Shown in pieces: positions 15,163 through 20,000 of a stretch of 20,000 bases of DNA (position 1 is its first letter; every line of letters starts with the position of its first letter). Source of the DNA: an uncultured virus (IMG/VR IMGVR_UViG_3300037423_001642) (lineage: Duplodnaviria; Heunggongvirae; Uroviricota; Caudoviricetes). Made by a program: the position numbers and the translations under genes. The notes beneath the pieces are model-generated. The model saw only the letters and a list, made by a program, of their open reading frames with translations, did not search any database and was not told the origin of the DNA. Location: IMG/VR virus record IMGVR_UViG_3300037423_001642, positions 56,914 to 76,913 of that record, one strand, 5' to 3'.

Positions 15163-16738
15163 TGGCATCGAATTTCTAAGGGGCACGGGCGAGCAAATCG
15201 ACTATACCCCGGAGATGCAAGCAGAAATCGTAAGATGTTACAACAGTTATGAGTATTTCGTAGAGAATTACATTAAGATTGACGATAACTCTGGTAATCT
15301 CAATCTAATCAAGCTGTATGACTATCAAAAGCGACTACTTAAGCTTATTCACTCAAACAAATTCGTTATTTGTAAGTTCCCTCGCCAGTGCGGTAAGACT
15401 ACTTCGATGGCGACCTATATTGTTTGGTGTATCATCTTCAAAAAGCGTTTCAAGGTTGGTGTTGCCGCCGATAAGGACGAAACGGCGACCGAAATTATGG
15501 ACCGTGTGAAGACTGCTTACGAAAATCTGCCATATTGGATGCAACAAGGCGTCAAGAAATGGGACGCTCACAAGGTCGTGCTTGAAAACGGCTCCCGTGT
15601 GGACGCTTCCGCTACCACCAAGAAAACCATGCGTGGTAAGACCTACAACCTTGTTTTGCTTGACGAATTTGCGTTCGTGGACCAGAACATCGCTGACCCA
15701 TTCTTTACCGCTATCTACCCCGTTATTTCGAAGAATGATCCGACCAAGCGTATCGAGGAACAGACCAAACTTATCATCATCTCGACACCTAACGGCATGA
15801 ATCACTTCCACAAGCTCTATGTGGAAGCCGAAAAGAAACAGAACACGTTTAAGAACATTGAAATTCGCTGGTACGAAGTGCCGGGCCGTGATGAAAAGTT
15901 CAAACAAGAAACAATCCGGAACATTGGCGACGACCGTTGGGAACAAGAATATGACGGCTCATTCCTTGGTGCCTCCACCAGCTTGATTCCGCCTAAGAAG
16001 CTGAAAACGCTTACTTGGGAAACACCGTTCGAAACATTCGAGGATATGGAATTTTATCGCCAGCCCGAGCCCGGTCACACATACTTCATTTCCGTTGACG
16101 TGTGCCGTGGTCGTGGTCTGGACTATCACGCTATGTCGATCATCGATATCACGCAACTGCCATATGTTGTGTGCGCCACCTATCACAACAATATGCTGGA
16201 TACGATGTTGTATCCGACTCTGATTGTGAACATGGCTAAGCGCTACAATGAAGCGTTTGTGCTAATCGAATTGAACGACATTGGTAAGCAAGTCGCTGAT
16301 ATCTGTGTTGAATTGGAATATGAAAATATGCTTTCAACCGTGACCAAAGGACGCTCCGGACAGGTGTTGACGGTTGAATCGGGTAACGCCATGGGTCTAA
16401 CCATGTCGAAGCCGGTGAAATCCACAGGCTGTTCTAACCTTAAGTCATTGATTGTAAACGATCAATTGATCCTGAATGACTACAAATACATTCAGGAATT
16501 GACCACGTTTGAAATTGCTTCTGGCCAGTACAAAGCGGCCCCCGGTGCGCATGACGATATGGTCATGTCTCTTGTGACATTTGCGTGGGCAACGACCGAA
16601 GTTTACTTCCAAGATTTGTTGGATGCTAACATTCGTGAAATGCTCTTCACAAAGCGCATCCAACAAATGGAAGATGACTTGGTGCCTGTAGGATTTCTAG
16701 GCGATATGAGCGGTGATGATACGCCAGTTGATTTTTAA
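15155..16738 (+). CDS. 17: Terminase large subunit, T4 gp17-like
   Basis: Adenine-binding LYDYQ, Walker A PRQCGKTT, Walker B LVLLDEFAFV, coupling IIISTPNG, nuclease ISVDVCRGRGLDY and HDDMVMSL. Confidence 0.98.
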   Translation: MYNGIEFLRGTGEQIDYTPEMQAEIVRCYNSYEYFVENYIKIDDNSGNLNLIKLYDYQKRLLKLIHSNKFVICKFPRQCGKTTSMATYIVWCIIFKKRFKVGVAADKDETATEIMDRVKTAYENLPYWMQQGVKKWDAHKVVLENGSRVDASATTKKTMRGKTYNLVLLDEFAFVDQNIADPFFTAIYPVISKNDPTKRIEEQTKLIIISTPNGMNHFHKLYVEAEKKQNTFKNIEIRWYEVPGRDEKFKQETIRNIGDDRWEQEYDGSFLGASTSLIPPKKLKTLTWETPFETFEDMEFYRQPEPGHTYFISVDVCRGRGLDYHAMSIIDITQLPYVVCATYHNNMLDTMLYPTLIVNMAKRYNEAFVLIELNDIGKQVADICVELEYENMLSTVTKGRSGQVLTVESGNAMGLTMSKPVKSTGCSNLKSLIVNDQLILNDYKYIQELTTFEIASGQYKAAPGAHDDMVMSLVTFAWATTEVYFQDLLDANIREMLFTKRIQQMEDDLVPVGFLGDMSGDDTPVDF

Positions 16739-17169
16739 TCAACAAACTTGATCAACTCACCCTCAACGGTATCTATCCACAAGACGGCTTTTTGCGCTCC
16801 GATTTTCATGGTTGAAACAAACCATTTGTCTGGGTTTGAATGACCAAGGTTATCACAAATAATCCAGTCAAATGGCTTCTCTCGATGAATAACCTTTTGT
16901 AGCCAAAACTGGTAACCGCCAGACTTTGGCATAACAGTTACCTTTTCAGATATGCCGTAACCTTCCATGATATATGGTCTGCACTCGATATAAAGGACAT
17001 TTAGCCCTTCATCAGTCAGCTTGTTGGCATATTTTGCCATCCAAGTTGATGCTCCACACATGCGAGGCAAAGCAAACTTCCACAATCGCTTTGTATCACC
17101 ATGAATTTCTTCTGTCAGGCGAATTCTCTTCTCAATTGCATCGAATACAGATGTATCAAAAGTGTCCAT
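16735..17169 (-). CDS. Small degenerate P-loop protein resembling the terminase ATPase core
   Basis: LPRMCGASTWMAKY vs gp17 FPRQCGKTTSMATY; FDWIICDN vs YNLVLLDE. The ORF extends to 17208, but ATG 17169 is the likelier start. Confidence 0.6.
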   Translation of the reverse strand: MDTFDTSVFDAIEKRIRLTEEIHGDTKRLWKFALPRMCGASTWMAKYANKLTDEGLNVLYIECRPYIMEGYGISEKVTVMPKSGGYQFWLQKVIHREKPFDWIICDNLGHSNPDKWFVSTMKIGAQKAVLWIDTVEGELIKFVD

Positions 17170-17398
17170 TGATCGTAAAATGCCTTTTAACGTTATCGGG
17201 AATATCATTCCATTGCGAAGAACGCATGGAAATATGATTCAGATACCGACTGTTCATGAAACCATTATGAAAATAGCCAATGATCAGTGCCAATTCATAT
17301 GTCGTTATGTCTTCTTTTGGTTTATATTTGACCGAAATTGATTTGTCGAACAATCCAGTCACTACAGATTTGTTCGAACCTTCGATATGATCACCCAA
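17156..17398 (-). CDS. Hypothetical protein
   Basis: 80 aa, YKPKEDITTYELA...HF; short overlaps with both neighbours. Confidence 0.7.
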   Translation of the reverse strand: MGDHIEGSNKSVVTGLFDKSISVKYKPKEDITTYELALIIGYFHNGFMNSRYLNHISMRSSQWNDIPDNVKRHFTINGHF

Positions 17399-17621
17399 AC
17401 CAACAAATCTCCATCAGAGGAAGTTTTGCGGCGTCGAATGATTTACCTTGATCGGTGAATTTCTTACGGCGAAGTTCGATTTGCTTTTCTGTCAAACCAA
17501 TCCAGTGCGCCGTATATTCGATATTGTTCGAACCCAAATACTTGATTAATTTATCGAGTTTGTCGAAATTAGCTTCGTTGAAGAATCTTGTTTGCATCTT
17601 CTCTGTTGTCGTCCTTTCCAA
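17391..17621 (-). CDS. Hypothetical protein
   Basis: ORF in the gene run; the start may be the internal ATG (MQTRFF). Confidence 0.7.
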   Translation of the reverse strand: MERTTTEKMQTRFFNEANFDKLDKLIKYLGSNNIEYTAHWIGLTEKQIELRRKKFTDQGKSFDAAKLPLMEICWFG

Positions 17622-17916
17622 TGAAGAATAAACCAGACATGGTTGCGAGTTGTGTGATGAAGAATACTTTCACCGTTTCTTCTTCAAATGGTGACGTATA
17701 TTCATCATACATTAGTCCAAATATTTGTACACCGTTGTCGTCGAGGTGATACAATTCAAAAAACACATCATGCTGAATAGAATTACAACAAAGAATAGTT
17801 CCCTCAAACCCTTTTCTGATTGTTGTTATCACATCTTCGTCTGTACCAGTGAATTTTGTTATTTCTATGATGCGCTTGTTGTTATAGCGCCCGATTAGGT
17901 CGTGAATTTTTGCCAT
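17569..17916 (-). CDS. Hypothetical protein
   Basis: 115 aa, AGAGG SD. Confidence 0.75.
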   Translation of the reverse strand: MAKIHDLIGRYNNKRIIEITKFTGTDEDVITTIRKGFEGTILCCNSIQHDVFFELYHLDDNGVQIFGLMYDEYTSPFEEETVKVFFITQLATMSGLFFIGKDDNREDANKILQRS

Positions 17917-17975
17917 TTGATAGCCTCTTTCTTATTGTTTGGAACATTGTAAATGTTCTTAGTGAGCTAAACATA

Positions 17976-18617
17976 TCAAACACCAAACTCTTCTTTGAAT
18001 TGCTGTCTAAGCTTGGCAAATTCTAATAATCGATCCTTCGTATGTCCTTGAAAAACTTGAAGTGTTCCGAATTCATCAACCACAAGAATACGATACTTAT
18101 TTATGGAAATACCGGTGCGTTCCCGAAACATTTCGGCATACACATTTACTTGCATTCGATAGCCTTCGACGTATTCGGCCTTCTTTTCTTTCGTGGTTCC
18201 CTTGAAATCCACAATTTCAGGCTCTTCGAACACGCCCATTAGATCGGTGCGCCCGGCTGTTTTCAGTCGTTTGGAGTACAATGGTGTTTCAATGCACCAT
18301 GCCTCTTTCATGTTGTCGTCAAGATGCTTGCGAAGCGTATTGAACAACGACCGGTGAAACGGAGTCGGTGGCGATACCGGTTGGCCAGAGATATAATCCT
18401 CCATCATCTTGTGAATGATGTTGCCACGTTCCGCCGCTCGATTGCGGGTAAATTCCGCCTTCTCTTCGCCTAGACGCTTACGCCACTTTTCGAGCCCTTC
18501 CTTGGCCCGGAGCGCCAGCACGGTCGTGACACTTGGAAACTTACCATCTGGTGTGATGTAAAAGCGCTTTCCATCTTCCTGAACCGATTGGATATCGGGT
18601 AAATTGAAATCTCTCAA
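17976..18617 (-). CDS. PD-(D/E)XK-family exonuclease (Cas4/MGME1-like phage exonuclease)
   Basis: RFYITPDGKFPSVTTVL, RGNIIH, IE..LYS...AGRTD, IVDFK, Q...YAEM. Confidence 0.92.
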   Translation of the reverse strand: MRDFNLPDIQSVQEDGKRFYITPDGKFPSVTTVLALRAKEGLEKWRKRLGEEKAEFTRNRAAERGNIIHKMMEDYISGQPVSPPTPFHRSLFNTLRKHLDDNMKEAWCIETPLYSKRLKTAGRTDLMGVFEEPEIVDFKGTTKEKKAEYVEGYRMQVNVYAEMFRERTGISINKYRILVVDEFGTLQVFQGHTKDRLLEFAKLRQQFKEEFGV

Positions 18618-18874
18618 TTTTCTTCGGAATCCGGATGATCTTCCCGGTGAATTTCATAGGCATAAGAAATGCCTTCCCAATTATCGACGCCAGCGGCTTC
18701 TAGCGAGGATAGCCATGCGTCACGCTTAAGCAATTCAGTATACTCTTCAATAGGAATGGAAACTGTTGGAATAGCGATAAGTTCTTTCGTCACTTCTCTA
18801 TTTCTTTCTAGCTCTTTGCGAGCCTCTTGTTGTGCTTGTCTCAATGCGTCTGTGTAGCTGTAACTAGAAGTCAT
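18614..18874 (-). CDS. Small acidic helical protein with GVDNWEG motif (possible gp5.9-like nuclease inhibitor)
   Basis: VSIPIEEYTELL...LEAAGVDNWEGISYA. The family call is from recall and unverified. Confidence 0.55.
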   Translation of the reverse strand: MTSSYSYTDALRQAQQEARKELERNREVTKELIAIPTVSIPIEEYTELLKRDAWLSSLEAAGVDNWEGISYAYEIHREDHPDSEEN

Positions 18875-19272
18875 TTTGTTGGTTCGTATCCGTATGCTAA
18901 AATCTCTTGCTCGTTGGCATAACGGAGCGTTTCAAAATAGAATTCTTCGTCATCGTCTTGTGTCCACCCATCACCACGGAAATAATGACCGGTGACGCCT
19001 TCCATAACATAGAAACCGGGCTGTAAACCTTCATCCAACATCCCTAGATCGTTGAACCAATAATCGATGCCAGCGCCTTCCGCCATCCAAAAGGCAGCAC
19101 CATCATAATCATAGACTTCGATATTGTATTCGAGCCTGCCACGGTAATCCTCGACTAAGCCCATGATTTCAAAAACAATCATGCCTCTATCTTTGTATGA
19201 AGGAGGATCAAAATCGGTGTTGTCTTCTGTTCCTGTAATTTCTAGGAAAAATTCGTCTATTTCGTCGCTCAT
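18871..19272 (-). CDS. Highly acidic hypothetical protein
   Basis: 33 D/E vs 7 K/R in 133 aa (hand count). Confidence 0.8.
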   Translation of the reverse strand: MSDEIDEFFLEITGTEDNTDFDPPSYKDRGMIVFEIMGLVEDYRGRLEYNIEVYDYDGAAFWMAEGAGIDYWFNDLGMLDEGLQPGFYVMEGVTGHYFRGDGWTQDDDEEFYFETLRYANEQEILAYGYEPTK

Positions 19273-19282
19273 TTCGTCTCTA

Positions 19283-19462
19283 CTAATCTCGCCTCATAAT
19301 TTGGTTGCCGATAGCTAGGGCAAGACAGATAAAAACGGCAACGCCAACAAATCCCAAATATATCCATTGTGCAATTTGAGAAACAGCGATTATGTATATG
19401 AAACCGGCAGATAGAAATATGACAGCCGAGCCGATTAGAAAGGCTTTAAGGTCTTTGTTCAT
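19283..19462 (-). CDS. Small membrane protein (59 aa, 2 TM)
   Basis: Translated by hand: MNKDLKAFLIGSAVIFLSAGFIYIIAVSQIAQWIYLGFVGVAVFICLALAIGNQIMRRD. ATGA coupling. Confidence 0.8.
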   Translation of the reverse strand: MNKDLKAFLIGSAVIFLSAGFIYIIAVSQIAQWIYLGFVGVAVFICLALAIGNQIMRRD

Positions 19463-19590
19463 TGCAAACCAGTTTCTATACCTTGTTTAAAAGCATGGAT
19501 GATTTCACCCATCTTCTGTGAGGCTCCAATTGGATTGAACAAAAAGGACAACACAATCAAGAACGCCGCAAGTGCTAAAATGTCTCTCAT
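19459..19590 (-). CDS. Small membrane-anchored protein (43 aa)
   Basis: Translated by hand: MRDILALAAFLIVLSFLFNPIGASQKMGEIIHAFKQGIETGLQ. ATGA coupling at both ends. Confidence 0.75.
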   Translation of the reverse strand: MRDILALAAFLIVLSFLFNPIGASQKMGEIIHAFKQGIETGLQ

Positions 19591-19835
19591 TTTTCTTTCT
19601 TTCCCCATGCAAACCATTCATGGTCATACTTATCAACGCATTGGTTTGGCCATTCGGCATCTTGTTTGTAGATCAATTGTGGAATGAATTGTGGATATTC
19701 GTGATTAAGTTCTAGACATGCAATGCGCATGTGATCATTCCATTGATCATCTTTAAGCTTAGTAATTTCATATTTGTTGATGGTGCAGAAAACAAAAAGC
19801 AGGACGCACCAAAACCCAAGAACAAAGTGTTTCAC
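19587..19835 (-). CDS. Small exported/membrane protein
   Basis: N-terminal hydrophobic segment; GTGA coupling. Confidence 0.7.
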   Translation of the reverse strand: MKHFVLGFWCVLLFVFCTINKYEITKLKDDQWNDHMRIACLELNHEYPQFIPQLIYKQDAEWPNQCVDKYDHEWFAWGKKEK

Positions 19836-20000
19836 ATCGTTTCCAATATTACTTTCACTCGGGAAGCATCGATCTTTCCCTGATATTTCTTCATAATTTG
19901 ACCGACAAACCAGTTTTTAAGGTTTGTCTGCTTTTGTGCCTTTTCCCATTGTTCTGGGTTGGCTTCGATCACTGCTTTGAGCGCATCGAAAATCTCATAA
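19832..20000 (-). CDS. GatB/YqeY C-terminal-domain-like protein (5' end outside window)
   Basis: Translated by hand: ...YEIFDALKAVIEANPEQWEKAQKQTNLKNWFVGQIMKKYQGKIDASRVKVILETM. It matches the GatB tail pattern (V/I)I.ANP...WFVGQ(V/I)MK...GK. Confidence 0.75.
   Translation of the reverse strand, partial: YEIFDALKAVIEANPEQWEKAQKQTNLKNWFVGQIMKKYQGKIDASRVKVILETM

Noticed and set aside
9900..16666. Minus-strand ORFs inside the late operon (e.g. 15353-15946, 11753-12142)
   Set aside because: Antisense to well-identified structural genes.
15155..16738. Intein in the terminase
   Set aside because: The length (527 aa) is normal and there are no splice-junction motifs; only a ~10-aa loop insertion is present.
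17976..18617. True CRISPR-associated Cas4
   Set aside because: It lacks the four-Cys Fe-S motif and any cas context; it is the common T4-like phage PD-(D/E)XK exonuclease.

Overview
This is a 20-kb piece of a T4-like myophage genome. The host is probably alphaproteobacterial (Rhizobiales-like), which I infer from CTTGAC-type promoters and a GatB-tail-like gene. Two minus-strand blocks of small, tightly coupled early/accessory genes (1-9715 and 16735-20000) flank one plus-strand late operon (9827-16738) that starts at a perfect T4 late promoter, TATAAATA. The operon order is gp54-like tail-tube-family protein, gp26-like, gp51-like, tape-measure (gp29-like), free-standing GIY-YIG/NUMOD3 homing endonuclease, gp2 DNA end protector, GT25 glycosyltransferase and gp17 large terminase. 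The main observations are: (1) a T-TTT-TTT slippery site that could fuse gp26 to gp51 by -1 frameshift just upstream of the tape measure, like the lambda G/GT chaperones; (2) a small, Walker-A-dead terminase-ATPase look-alike lying tail-to-tail with gp17, possibly a decoy; (3) an expanded family of Cys/His-motif early proteins; (4) a 19-bp-period array of three ATAAC-N6-GTTAT palindromes; (5) acidic DNA-mimic candidates and a GatB/YqeY-tail domain. No tRNA, rRNA or CRISPR array was seen. All family assignments come from motif recognition, not database searches.
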